Positions 53,180-64,000 are shown, counted from the stretch's first letter. The stretch is 64,000 bases of DNA from Phyllosticta citribraziliensis (GCF_038025025.1 NW_027117352.1:434001-498000), one strand, 5' to 3'. The notes: generated by a model not told the origin, from the letters alone. Numbers and translations: made by a program.

Positions 53180-53311
53180 AGCTACTGTGATGAACGACAG
53201 CTCCCTATGTGTGAATGTGATATTAGATGACTGCTCCCTAGGCGTAAGCGTCACAGTAGATGACTGCTCCCAAGGCGTAAGCGTCACAGCAGATGACTGC
53301 TCCCAAGGCTC
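53180..53311 (-). repeat. 33-bp repeat cluster 4 (4 units), bracketed by an 8-bp inverted repeat
   Basis: Units start at 53311, 53278, 53245 and 53212. AGCGTTCA 53157-53164 / TGAACGCT 53329-53336. Confidence 0.92.
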
Positions 53312-53336
53312 CATGTTATGATAAGAAATGAACGCT

Positions 53337-54421
53337 CGTGAACGTGGCAGCTGTTCGCATCCCAAAAAGTCCGTGTTCAGGAGCGATGCGTGGACATGCT
53401 GCGTGTGCCGGAGCAGGTGGAGACAATTATGCATCTCAACCGGGGCAGCGTCGGAGCCATCGGCCATGATCAAGTCACCTTGCCTGTAGCCGCTACTGCA
53501 ACGCAGCAGAGCCACGGTCTTTTGAAGGGACTTGATGCCCGGCATACCGAACACCTTCGTTGCGAAGATGAGAAAATCTCTGGCAAACTCCAGGTCCTTG
53601 AGCGTCTCAGCGGTCACCTTGCCAAGCAGATCTTCCAGCATGGCGCGACTGCATTCCACCACAGTCTTGCCGTCGTCGTAAAACCTGAGGGACGAGTTCG
53701 TGAACTTGGCTTTTGCAACCATGGAAATAGCATCTTGCCTCCACTTTTCGAGCTCAGGTGACTATGGAAATGTTAGCTAAATGAATCAAGAAATCACTTA
53801 ATAGTAGATTCCTACCTTTGGCTGGCTTGGAGGCTCGCTGGTACCAGGAGGGTTGTGAGGAGGTGAGGGCGTATGGGTTCCCAATGATGGAGTCTTGGGG
53901 CGTTGGGAAAGCTCGCGGTCCGATGGCGGGCCACGAGAAGGCGAGGGCGCAAAGCGATCATCAAACTCTGGAGTTGTGGGGCGATGGGACGGCTCGCGCT
54001 CTGACGGAGGGCTACGACGAGGCGAGGGCGCGGGGGGATCCAACTCGGGAGTCTTGAGGCGTTGGGACGGCTCGTGGTCTGGTGGAGGCGCATGGGGGTC
54101 GGGAACGCCGAAAGTTGCAGTATTTCCAGAGGGAGCGTGGCTCTTCGGAGAGGCGAAAGGGGATCCAGTCGTGAAGTGAGCGACAGAAGACGACGGGCTC
54201 ACGGATGAGCGCAGACGAGGCTCACTGGCTGGAAGTTCGTGGTCGACCTCCATCTCTTCCGTGTGGTCGCTCAGGTGAGTCGGGCAGCGGGGTCTGAAAC
54301 CCTTACCCCCGAGTTCCATCAGGTCATCATAAAGAATGTGGACCCTGCAGTCAAACTCGTTCTCATTGGTTCCATTGTTGATGCACGCTTCCATTTCCCT
54401 GATGGCAGAAAGGCGGTCCAT
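53337..54421 (-). pseudogene. Unknown-family protein copy 2 (3'-truncated)
   Basis: MDRLSAIREM.. N-terminus, Pro-rich repeats and a phase-0 intron at ~53762-53814. AKFTNSSLRFYDDG..GKVTAETLKDLEFARDFLIF aligns with copy 1. Confidence 0.72.
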
Positions 54422-54899
54422 TTTCCTGGTCGACGCGTTCGGAGGAGAGGGGAGGTTGATAATCGTGGGTTGGCAGTGAGTAATTTGAAGAGACGGTGAT
54501 GATGAGTGAGGATAGAGCAAAGAAAGAAAAGAAGAAAGTGGGAAATGCAAGCTAAGCAGTGGCATTCGACAATGGGAACCGAAGTGAATGATGGCGGGTC
54601 ACGGCGCTACGGCAAGGTCTGATGAGATGTTTTCCGCCGACCAAGTCGGTAGGCTTGAGGTTTGGAGAAGAGGCCTGCACCATCAACTCCGCTAACACCA
54701 AGCGCCAAGCGCCAAGCGGTGTCAAGAGCAATTGAAACTTCCGGCACTACGGCCGCGTCTAAGGAGCGTTCGTGTGCTGTGTATCAACAAGCCTGGCCTT
54801 CTTAAGGTCTGGAGGCCTATGTACACGTTAGCCGAAGAAACCAAGGGGTGATCAATAGCTAATCATACCTTGCCTACGCTTCCATTACTTTCCTTAGTA

Positions 54900-57110
54900 G
54901 TAGAAGGCCTCTTAGAAGGTATTGGTAGAGGGGATTTGCTAGCGGGAGTCTTTCCAGCATATCGTGAAATGCGTGCGATTGCATGGCACGGATACCTTCC
55001 ACGTCAAATAAACTTTGACGGTTTCTAATTGATGGACGGTTATTTCAACGGTGAAGGGAAGAGACACTTTGTCGGGGAAGAGGCTGGCACAGGTGTCGCC
55101 AATTGCCAAATATCTGGGCACTCCCTCCTCTGTATGTCCGTGGGCTCCGTAGAACAGCGTTGAGCCGCACTGCTCGCACGCTTCTTATCTATGCCTGCTG
55201 CTGTCCTTCTTGAAATAGCGTCGAAGGATCGTTTCAATTTTGCAGGGGGCCTTCTCGCTGGTCTCGATGGACTCATCGACGTATTCCAGGATTGCGTGTC
55301 GGTATGAAACCTGTCTGGGTAGCTTGTGCAGGCATTTCTGGCACCAGACAACATCTATCGAGGCAACGCACAGGTCTTTGAACCACTGGGCGACGTTTTT
55401 CCAGGCGTATGCGGCAGCGAACCGCTCGTCAGGCTGCGCGCCGTTCTCTCGGTTGTATGGTCCTCGCCGGAGCCGGTCACGGAATGTGTCAATGTCCTTC
55501 TGGATCATTGACGACATTGGAAGCTCTGCGAAAGCCTGGAAAGTTGTTGCCAAGTGCGAGGGGGACGTGGCCTGCATCTTGTGCAGCTCGAGGACGCAAG
55601 TGAGCTTGAGCAAGCAAGACGTCAATGTGGCAAGAGTTTCTGCCATCGTACTTTGGCCCGCTGGTGTTCGAGCTGAACTTCCACAGGGCCTGCCGCTGCT
55701 GCAACTGCCCCATGTCCCGCACCAGTTCTGCCAATTTTGTGGCTTGCCTTTCGACTTCGCCTTCGTTGGGGCATTTATCCGACTCTGGACTTGCAATGGT
55801 CAAGTCGACAAGTTTCGCCGTCGGTCTGACTGGTGAGGGCAGGCCGGCGAGGACTGTGTCCTCGTTGCCGCTTTCTACTGCCAGGGACTCGATGTCGTTG
55901 TGCGCTGGCATGGTCAATCCATGTGTGTTATACGAAAATGCTTTCTTGGGACTTACCTTGAAGCAGGGTCTTCCACACCAAATCCAAGCTGTCCGGGGAG
56001 GAGGAAATCCGACGGGGGATCTTTAATTGGGTTAGTCAAGTGATATCATGCTAGGAAATTTCTCACATACCTGTCCCAGAAATAGCTCTGGGCTTTCATC
56101 CACATCCTGCTTCTTTGGGGACTTGAAACTGTTTGCCTGCTGGAGTTCTCTTCTCCGAGCTGAACTCGACCGTCTTCCACAGCGACAATGGACTATTGAC
56201 CACCAAGAAACGCGAATACTATTCTGATGCCCCGCGCAGATCTGTCTTCGACATCCCTTCACCGACGCTTCTGGCGCTTGTAAGGGGACTTCAGGTTCGA
56301 AGAGAACCCTCCACGTGACGCTCAACGTAGCGGGGAGAACATCGTGTTCTCGAAAGCGTGTTGGCTTGGGGGGGTCTTGATGTCGAAATCGGGCTTTCAA
56401 AACGAATCTGGAACTCAATCGTAAGCATTCATTCGGATTGCACGCTTGTCAGTCTTACCAGGCTTCTTCTCGGGAGTCTCTGGGTCGGTTGTAGACGATC
56501 TAAAGCCATGCGATCTACCGGGCTTTGTGGGAGTCTCAAAGTTGAAGTTGAAGTCAATCTTCCCTGGGTGAGCGATCTTGGGGAACTTGTGCGGTCGACC
56601 TAGGCTATGCTCCTTCGGCTCTGGAGTGTGAAAGCTGCCATCACTGATTGGATCAGGGTCTTTGTCGGCGGGCTTTTTGGCATCAGGAGACTCAGCCTCC
56701 GTATCGGTCTGAATCCCCCGGGAGGCTTGGAATGCTCTCCAGTCAAAACCTGCCTCTTCAAGTACGGTGAGAGGCATGCCGTTGTCAACTGCAGCTAGAC
56801 GTTTCATCAGCCTCAAAGTTCTTGACTGGCGAAAACTACTCACTTTTGATGGCCATGGACAAGCAATTGCCAGCTTGCTCACTGGTCTTGAGATGAGAAA
56901 CCAGCCAAGTCAGGTCCTGGAGCGATGTGTTAGCAGAACTCTTTTTTCGGTGTATGAACCAACAACCTTCTCGAGGACCTCAAGCTTTTCCAACGCCTCG
57001 TGCTCCTTCCGGATCCTTTCCTGGTGAGCAAGTCTCTTGCTGTTGACATCGCTGGCCAAACTGGCCAGTTGCTCTTCCTTGGACATGCTTTTTTTCATTT
57101 CGCCGGCCAT
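54900..57110 (-). pseudogene. Spliced gene with N-terminal coiled coil and C-terminal USP/papain-like protease domain (degenerate)
   Basis: Introns ~56021-56070 and ~55905-55956 join the frames correctly. Cys-box-like GRNSCHIDVLL, two CxxC pairs (CQKC, CEQC) and His-box-like THFTICWK. Frameshifts, and stops at 55185 and 54939. Confidence 0.55.
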
Positions 57111-57339
57111 GATAGTGTGAGGGAAGTGAGGTCGAAGGTTGGAGGTAGAGGGCGTGAGGGCGTTGCTCGTGGCGGTCCAAGAGGCGATGCAAAGCTAGGG
57201 TGAATGGTGCAAAGGACATGGGAAGTTTGAGCAGCAAACAGTGTCGCTGAGCGACACGACCTACGGCCATTCACTTCCCATTCACTTCCGCCGCTCGACT
57301 CTGAGTCACCATCTACCCTTTCCCACTCGGCTCTGCAGC

Positions 57340-57437
57340 GCCCGCTCATCACCGCCCGCTCATCACCGCCCGCTCATCACCGCTGGCCTGCTTTTGCAAA
57401 CTCCCCAATCTCAACTCTCAACTCTCAACTCTCAACT
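57340..57437. repeat. Short tandem repeats (14-mer x3, 7-mer x4) in a divergent promoter
   Basis: gcccgctcatcacc x3 and tctcaac x4. Confidence 0.85.
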
Positions 57438-57502
57438 CCCACTCTTCCGCAAACCTTCCATCACCACACACTTACCGTCAACCCTTCGGAAACAACTACA
57501 AG

Positions 57503-57980
57503 ATGGATCGTCACACTATCAAAAACGCCATGAAGGAGTACGCCCATGGTGCGCGCAACAGGGAAGAATTCGAGGCCAGGATCCGTGACATTTTCGAAAT
57601 CATCAAGGAGGCTCGCGACAAGGGCCCCAAGCCGCGCTCCCCATCTCACTCGAGCAGCCCCGCGGCCAAGATGGAATCGGGCGCTGAGGGCTCCGCTGCT
57701 GGACCATCCGCGACCGAGACCCCCGTCGCCGACCAGGGCGCCTCCGCGCAGCCGACGACCTAGACGGTGGTGCGTCCCCGGACACAACGACGGCCAAGCG
57801 CCAGAGCGGCAGAAAGCCAAACTGAAGGTAAGCGTTGCTCGCCCCACCACTCTACTGTCTCGTTGGCTCACAGGTCTGCAGGTGCTGAACGGCGAAGATG
57901 GCAATGACGGCGCCGACGACGGTGTGTCCGCTCGCTCACGGTCCACGATCAAACACACGGCTCGACAGAGGCGAGGCTAG
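57503..57980 (+). pseudogene. Unknown-family protein copy 3 (N-terminal domain only recognisable)
   Basis: MDRHTIKNAMKEYAHGARNREEFEARIRDIFEIIKEARDKGPKPR aligns without gaps to copies 1 and 2. TAG at 57761 and a gtaagc intron donor at 57828. Confidence 0.62.
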
Positions 57981-58264
57981 AGGAAGGAAAGGCAGCTGGA
58001 AAGTGGAAAAAGACAGGTCTACAAGTGCGCATGGAAGGAGAGAAAACACACCATATCATCCGTAGCCCTCCTGTCCACACACAGCCCTCGGACAAAATCC
58101 ATGCCCTCTGAACCCAATCATCAAGAACAGTCCCCCGTCTCCAAGTGAAGAATGAACACGTACGCAGCTCCCTTCCCTCCCACCAACACTCAATGTACAA
58201 GAGCCATGATCGTCCTCCACCGCCGCGCCAGTATGTCTGCGGCTGCCAGTTCACGAGCGCCGTT

Positions 58265-58350
58265 TCGCCTGCAGAATGATCGCCTAACATCACAGTCACG
58301 TCTTGGGAGCTTTCAGTAGTCACAGCAGTCACGTCTTGGGAGCGTTCATG
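58265..58350 (+). repeat. 33-bp repeat cluster 5 (3 units)
   Basis: Units at 58265, 58298 and 58331. Confidence 0.8.
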
Positions 58351-58479
58351 GAACGGTCATCTCTCAGATTGGCTTCGAATGGAGTCTTCAGTTCTCTCAT
58401 CTGATTTCGTCAGGGAGGCAATGAAGAAGGACAATGAGAGAAATCCATCCCCTCCCCGACCCTGAAAAGGTTCTAGGGC

Positions 58480-59778
58480 CTAGGGGGACGGCGGGAGGGA
58501 AAGGAAACAGAAGGCCATCCCAAAGGCCGCGACCGAAAACAGACAAAAGAACAAAACAAAACGAACCAGGCGCGCTCCCCTCCTCCCCCCCACCTCCAAA
58601 AGACACTTGACGAGCCAAACGGCCGTCATCTCTCCTGCCGTGTCCGCGGCAGACGCAGCAACAAACGAGGCCAGCGAAATGCCGGCCAGCCGTAGCTGGA
58701 GAAGCGCCCGAGAGCGCAAGTCGGCCTCCGGGGAGACCAACACCAAGGAAGAGGACGGAAGGGGAAGAAATGCAAAAGCCAGCCCGAAGGCCGCAGCCGT
58801 GAAAAGACAGAAAACGAACAAAAACGAACGATCGACCTCCCCTACTCCCCCCTCCTCTTCCCCATCCACACGCCTCTTTCGCCACCAAACGGCGGCCTCC
58901 TCTCCTGCCGCGTTTGCGGAAAACCCAACAGCAAACAATGCCAGCGACACGCCGGCTAGTCGCAGCTGGAGAGCTGCTCGCGCATGCAATTTGGCCTCCT
59001 GGGAGACCAACTACCACCACACAGCACCGCAAGCTAACCACACCAGCAGCGCAGCGTAGAGCGTGGCCCAGGGGACAGAGTCCGGGGGACAAGACGCAAG
59101 CGTGGGCACGAGCGAGGTGCGCGGAACAAAAGGAGGGACAGAGAGCGAGCGAGAGAGCGCGGGCGTGGTGTTACTGTGGAGATTGTCAGTAAGCAATCTC
59201 AGCGTTGAACGGTGAGATTTGAATGTTGACTTACCTCTGCCAAAGCGGGAGCACCGCAAGGAGCGCGTAGGCTAGTTCCATGGTCCCGGCGACAGACATG
59301 TCGGCGGTGGGCAGGGCGCGGGCACAAGCGAGGAGAAGCAGCGAGGCTTGGTAGTATGGAGGCGGCGGCACCGAAAGCTCACTCCGTTAGGGAGGAGAAG
59401 GAGATGTTGGCAGATTGCCTGGCCAGCTGTTAGTTGGCTTCGCGAGACGAATGTGCAATAAACATACCGGTGACAGGGACGCCGCAAATGCTGCTGCGGC
59501 TCAGGCGCGGCCTTCCGGGAGACTCTCCCCCACCAAAAACCACCACCAACAATGCACACCGCCAGCGCGACGCTGAGTGCGACCCGGAGGGCCGTCAGGT
59601 AAGTCAAGCCAGCGCGAAGCCTGGCCGGACGCGCCCCCCGGGTGCGCTCCTGGGAACGTCGTTTCGAGAACTGCCAGCTACCATTAGCATGATGCCCAAG
59701 ATGTGGAAGTGGAGAACCATCTGTACTTACGGGCAGCCAAACTGGTAAAAACACGCAGGCCAAAATAGCCGCAAACAT
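58480..59778 (-). pseudogene. Putative polytopic membrane protein with an internal 270-nt duplication (5' end uncertain)
   Basis: Canonical introns ~59175-59234 and ~59428-59467, hydrophobic segments and an in-frame TAG at 59011. Duplicated unit VSxEAxLxxRAxLQLRLAGxSLA. Confidence 0.4.
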
Positions 59779-62700
59779 TTTCTGCCCAGTTGGCACAGCC
59801 GGCACGGTGCGGACCGGGGGAGAGAGAGAGATTTGGAGAGAGGGAGGGAGGATGGCCGAGAAGGGCGCGGAGGGCGGCGGGCAGCAGCTGGCAGAGGCGG
59901 GTCGTAGTAATGGGTGCTGCCCGAGAACAAAGAGGTGCTTCAAGCCATGAGTGTTTGATGATGGAGAAGAGAGAGAGAGAGGAAGAGTCGGGGGGATGGC
60001 AGATTCATACATACCTGGGGTGTCGGGCCTCCTCGGTCGCGTTGACAACGACGGCAGCAGCAACAAGAGGCGGAAATAGCACTTGCTGTCCGGTCGTCTG
60101 CCCACCTCCGTCCGGTCTGGTGGCAGAAGGGAAAGAGGAAAAAGGCTCCTGTCGCCCGCCCGTGAGAGGCATCCATCGCGAGCGTCAGCCAGCCTGCGCT
60201 GGATGCTGGATGCTCGAGACGATGAATGACGCCCTCTTTCTCCCCTCTCTTTCCCCGACGCCCAAGTGCTTCTTTGCCACCCTTGCCACGAAGCGCATGC
60301 TCGAGTGATATCCGCGTCTTGCAGTACGGTGAGTGAGCTCTTTGCACGCAAACAAATCCCTCATCAGCAGCAATCTGCTGCGCTGCTGCTCTTGCACCGG
60401 CCATCGCAACGGCAAGAGAGAAAATGAGCACAACAAAAAATGCGTCGAGGAAGGAAAAGCGGCATCCTGTGTCTTGCCTGCCCTCTGCGTTTGCATCTTT
60501 CATCCTCCCAGAAAATTGCCGGAATCTGGGGTGGGATGCGAGGAAAATGGTGGAAGCTTTGCAAGCGGCCTTGCATGGCACGGCACGTCTGGGCAACGGG
60601 CGTTGTTGACAAGGGGAATTTCAGCTGCAGAGAGCATTGTCAGGACCACCCAGTAGCGCTCCATGAGAACATCGTAGGAGGATAGCTGCAGGGAGAGGAG
60701 GTGTGGTCGCAGAGGGCGGTCAGAGGAGGCATGGAAGCTACCCACCTACCTGTACCTTGCCAATGTAGCCGTGTACCCTCCCCATCTCCGACGCCTCCAT
60801 AGCCGTGCACCAACAGCCATCTTGGACGTCAAATCCAACCCCTACTCACGAAGCCCACCACCCCCTGGCGAACCCGTTTCCCCGTCTCCACACCTCGCTC
60901 GCTCGCTCGCTTGCCAACGGCCCCTGCATATGCATGCACTCGCTCGCCTATCCGGGCAGCGCACCCCATTGGCTGTGCGATGCGTCTGGCTGCGAGATGC
61001 ACGCTCGCCACATGCGCACGCGGGCTGCAAGATGCGTGCGTACATGGCTGATTGGCGGCGGTTACCGCACGCACGCGGCGATGGGGGACGAGGTAAGGGG
61101 CTGTTGGCGAGACGGCTGCCTTTGGGCAGGGTGGCAGACGAGTAGCTGGGGGTTGGTGTGCAGCGAGGAGGAAGATTGTGTGACCAGCGGCTACGAGACC
61201 AGAGAAGATGCGCGGTGCTTGTGGTGCACGAAAGAAAGCCAGCGTCGAGTAGGTGGCGTAGACAACCTGCGTAAGCGAGCATGTAGACGAAGGCCCTGGA
61301 AGAAGAAGAGCGGCGAGCAAGATGGAGCGGAAAAGAAAGAAGAATCGTCATGTCCACACGAGATGCGTGGCTGGCTGAGCGCGACAGTGGCTGTTGTAGG
61401 GTTGGTTGATCTGCAAACGCGCTACTCCACGGCCTGCTTTTGTTGGCCGGCTGCTTGTTGATTGCTGCGCGGCTGTCATGTTACAGATATCGATTTTGTC
61501 CGTCGCACGCTTTATGCGTGGACGTTTGATGACGACTCGAGCTTTGGCGTGGGAGGGCTGCCAGCTTCCTTACATAGCGGCGCTTGCATTGCTCGCATTC
61601 TCCGCCGCAACTCAAGGATGCTTGCTCGTTGGAGACTCGAAGTTGATTTGATGGCGGACTTGCGGTTGTAGTACTGTTCCATACAGCCAGCTTGGCCAGA
61701 GAGCGATGACGAAGAAGAGAACGCGCCTTGGTTCTGTCCAACGTGACCGAGGGTCGACAACCACCGACGTCTGCACACCAAGATTTTTGCTAATTTTCCT
61801 AAACAAGAAAACTCGTCAACTTCTCACGCCATCCGTCAGTCTCCTTGCCTTTGCGTATCCAAACGTTGCCACAAGAAAACCTGGGCGGCAGAAGAGAGGC
61901 GTCACACAGCGCGCAACGATGGACTTGCATGCGTCGACGTCGAGCAGAATGTGAGCAGCGCGTCGCCAATCGCCAGTCGCCAATCTCGACGCACCGTTTA
62001 CAGAGCGCAGCCCAGCCTTGTGCTACCGTCGTCTACGCCATGCCGTGTTCGATGCGCGCGCACAGATACTTAGGTCGGCGTCTGCGTCTGCATCTGCATC
62101 TGCGTCTCCACCTGCGCGCCGTCCCGTCAAGCCGTCTGGCCCAGTAGTGTTCCCGGTCGAAGGCAGGGCGACGCAGGCGCATTGACAGCAAGGCGTGTGC
62201 AGCGGAAGCGTTTACCTGGTCTGCCGTCGACACCCCTTGCGGCCGGAGCTGCCGGGTCGGCGCGCCGCCGTATCGCTTATTTCTTTTGCGTCCGACGCGT
62301 CGGGCCAGAGGCGCGGCATGATCAAACGAGGCTCCAGTCCTGTCTGAGGCGAGGAATCAGTGTTGGCGAGGAGGCGCGGAGAAACAGCAGACGCAGGGCT
62401 TGGGGGCGCAAGTGCTGCCCGATTGCGAGCCGTCGGCAGCAAGGCTCAGACGTGGTGCACGAGACGAGAAAACGGCACGTTGCGTAGACGAAAAGGGTCG
62501 AAAAAGAAGTAAAAGGATACGCAGGTGTAAGCAGCCGTTGGGGCGAATATTCAGCCCGTGCTCGCCAAAGGAGTAGGCGTGCATGGCGTGTCTCGGAACA
62601 TATTGAAAAAGCGGTTGAGGGCGCAGAACAAAGTCGTTTCTGGTAAGACGACGACGTTTGAAAAGGTGCGCCTCTGGTGTTGCTTTTTCCCGACCCGGCG

Positions 62701-64000
62701 GACTGGAGAGACGGCCAGCCAGCCACGCGCGCGGAGATGGACTTTTGTTTTGATTGCGGCATGCGCTTTCTGCTCGACTGGGACTTGAGACTGGGCTGAA
62801 TTGCTTCTTCTGCGCGGTCAGCTGGAATTGCTTTGGAGGCGATAGGTATCCAGCTCTCTGGTTCACCCGCAAGCCAAAGAAAAAGAAAGTGTTTTGATGA
62901 CGGCGCATGTCCGGCGGTCGACGGGGGTAGTTGCAGAAACCTGGGCTGTAAGTGCAGTGCCCATCTACTTTGGTGTTTCTCGCAATCTCAAGTTGCCTTT
63001 GCAGCTGAACGACTCCTCCTCCTCCGAGCTCTTGCACCTCGACGGCGTTGATCTCCTGCATGTCGACTGAGCCTGAAAGTTCAGGCGCTGAGCCACTACG
63101 TCATTGCTCATGTCTCCGCAGCACCACCCGACGTTCCAAATGAAACGCACTCCACGCGGACCCTTCAAAGCGTCGCGAGTCGTCCCTTTGGCGCTGATCC
63201 ACAGGCGGACCTGGGTCCTGATCGATGTGCGGTGTAAGGTACCGTTCCTGAGCCGTTCCTGAGTCTGGCTGGCATGACGGCCTTCACCCCAGATCCCCGC
63301 CCATGACGCAACGGGATCAACCTGATCGACCTCATCACGGAGAACCTGCCCAACTCAACCTCAATCTGCCTCAGGTACCGACGTCTCCATCGTCATGTCC
63401 TCCATCGTGAGCCGTCGTCCCTCTTTCCCCCCCGCTGACCTCATGCCTGATGTGATGTGACTGAACCGCCTCATCTCACCGATCTCCCGACGCTGGCTGC
63501 CCGCCCTTGACAGTGCCCCACCTGTGCCCAGTTGTCTGTCAAGCGCATGTCAGTCCATCGATGCCAGGGTGGCTGCATGGGCCGATTTCAGACAAATGGC
63601 GGAAGCAGGTGGGGTCTGCGACAGACGCGCGTTGGCGACGGTATTGATGCGATGTGTAAGTTGGCAGACGCCTGCCGCGCCAGATAGGCGTGTAGGGCGC
63701 GCAAGAGGCGAATGCGAGCGATCAGTTGAGTAAAGGCTGGCGCGCATGCTGTCATGCCTGGGCAGAAGACTGGAGATGGTGAAAAAGGCACGCGACCAGA
63801 CTGCGTGTCGTTTGCTCGATGCGCCAGCGAGTGGAGACCAGGAGAGATCACGCCAAAGAGAGCGGGAGTGCTCCACTCCACCCCTCTCCACTCCGCTCCG
63901 CCAGCTCGCCTGTTCTTTCTCAGTAGCCCACCTTTTCGTCGTTCGTCTCCAACTCCAACGTCCTTCAATGACTGCAGCCACAGCGGACAAAGTCCCGTTT

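Larger units (their letters stand above)
46650..59800. mobile_element. Degenerate accessory-gene island, probable relic of an unidentified multi-gene mobile element
   Basis: Contains only broken, internally paralogous, non-housekeeping genes with a shared repeat family at the junctions. Boundaries are approximate, and I recognised no transposase or terminal structures. Confidence 0.5.

Noticed and set aside
46655..58350. 33-bp arrays as a CRISPR array
   Set aside because: Eukaryotic context, only 2-4 degenerate units per locus, variable parts of ~12 nt that resemble each other, and no cas-like genes.
46650..64000. Calling the island a Starship, Helitron or retroelement
   Set aside because: I recognised no DUF3435 tyrosine recombinase, Rep/Pif1 helicase, DDE or RT motifs, LTRs or element-scale termini in the window.
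60000..64000. Several 120-230-aa ORFs in the distal region
   Set aside because: No recognisable motifs, no consistent splice structure and no codon bias that I could support, so I left them unannotated.

Overview
Intron-rich, GC-rich genomic DNA of a filamentous ascomycete (probably a Dothideomycete; this is my inference from gene content and composition). Positions 1-46,300 are a dense, mostly ordinary block of spliced genes: CaM kinase cmkB, BSD2, CBP6, HPC2, RBA50, tubulin cofactor C, the complex I 21.3 kDa subunit, UBP2, a divergent GDE1, a HeLo-like/ankyrin protein, AMMECR1, CRAL-TRIO, an ABM-barrel protein, a nitrate transporter with NirA/AreA sites, a LaeA-like methyltransferase, a CON-10-like protein, and UNG1 hosting an intronic C/D snoRNA. 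From about 46,650 to 59,800 lies a patchwork island of broken, spliced, non-housekeeping genes: two partial copies of a DEDDh exonuclease gene, a zinc-finger/APSES(KilA-N)-like gene, three members of an unrecognised family sharing a 45-aa N-terminus, a USP-like protease gene and a duplicated membrane-protein gene. Many of its premature stops are RIP-compatible. A 33-bp-period repeat family occurs five times in the island, mostly at gene truncation or junction points. It occurs once more outside the island, inside a MITE-like element (inverted repeats plus a 7-bp flanking direct repeat) in a GDE1 intron. I recognised no transposase, integrase or reverse transcriptase. All calls are by eye, with no database searches. 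I could not confidently interpret 60,000-64,000.
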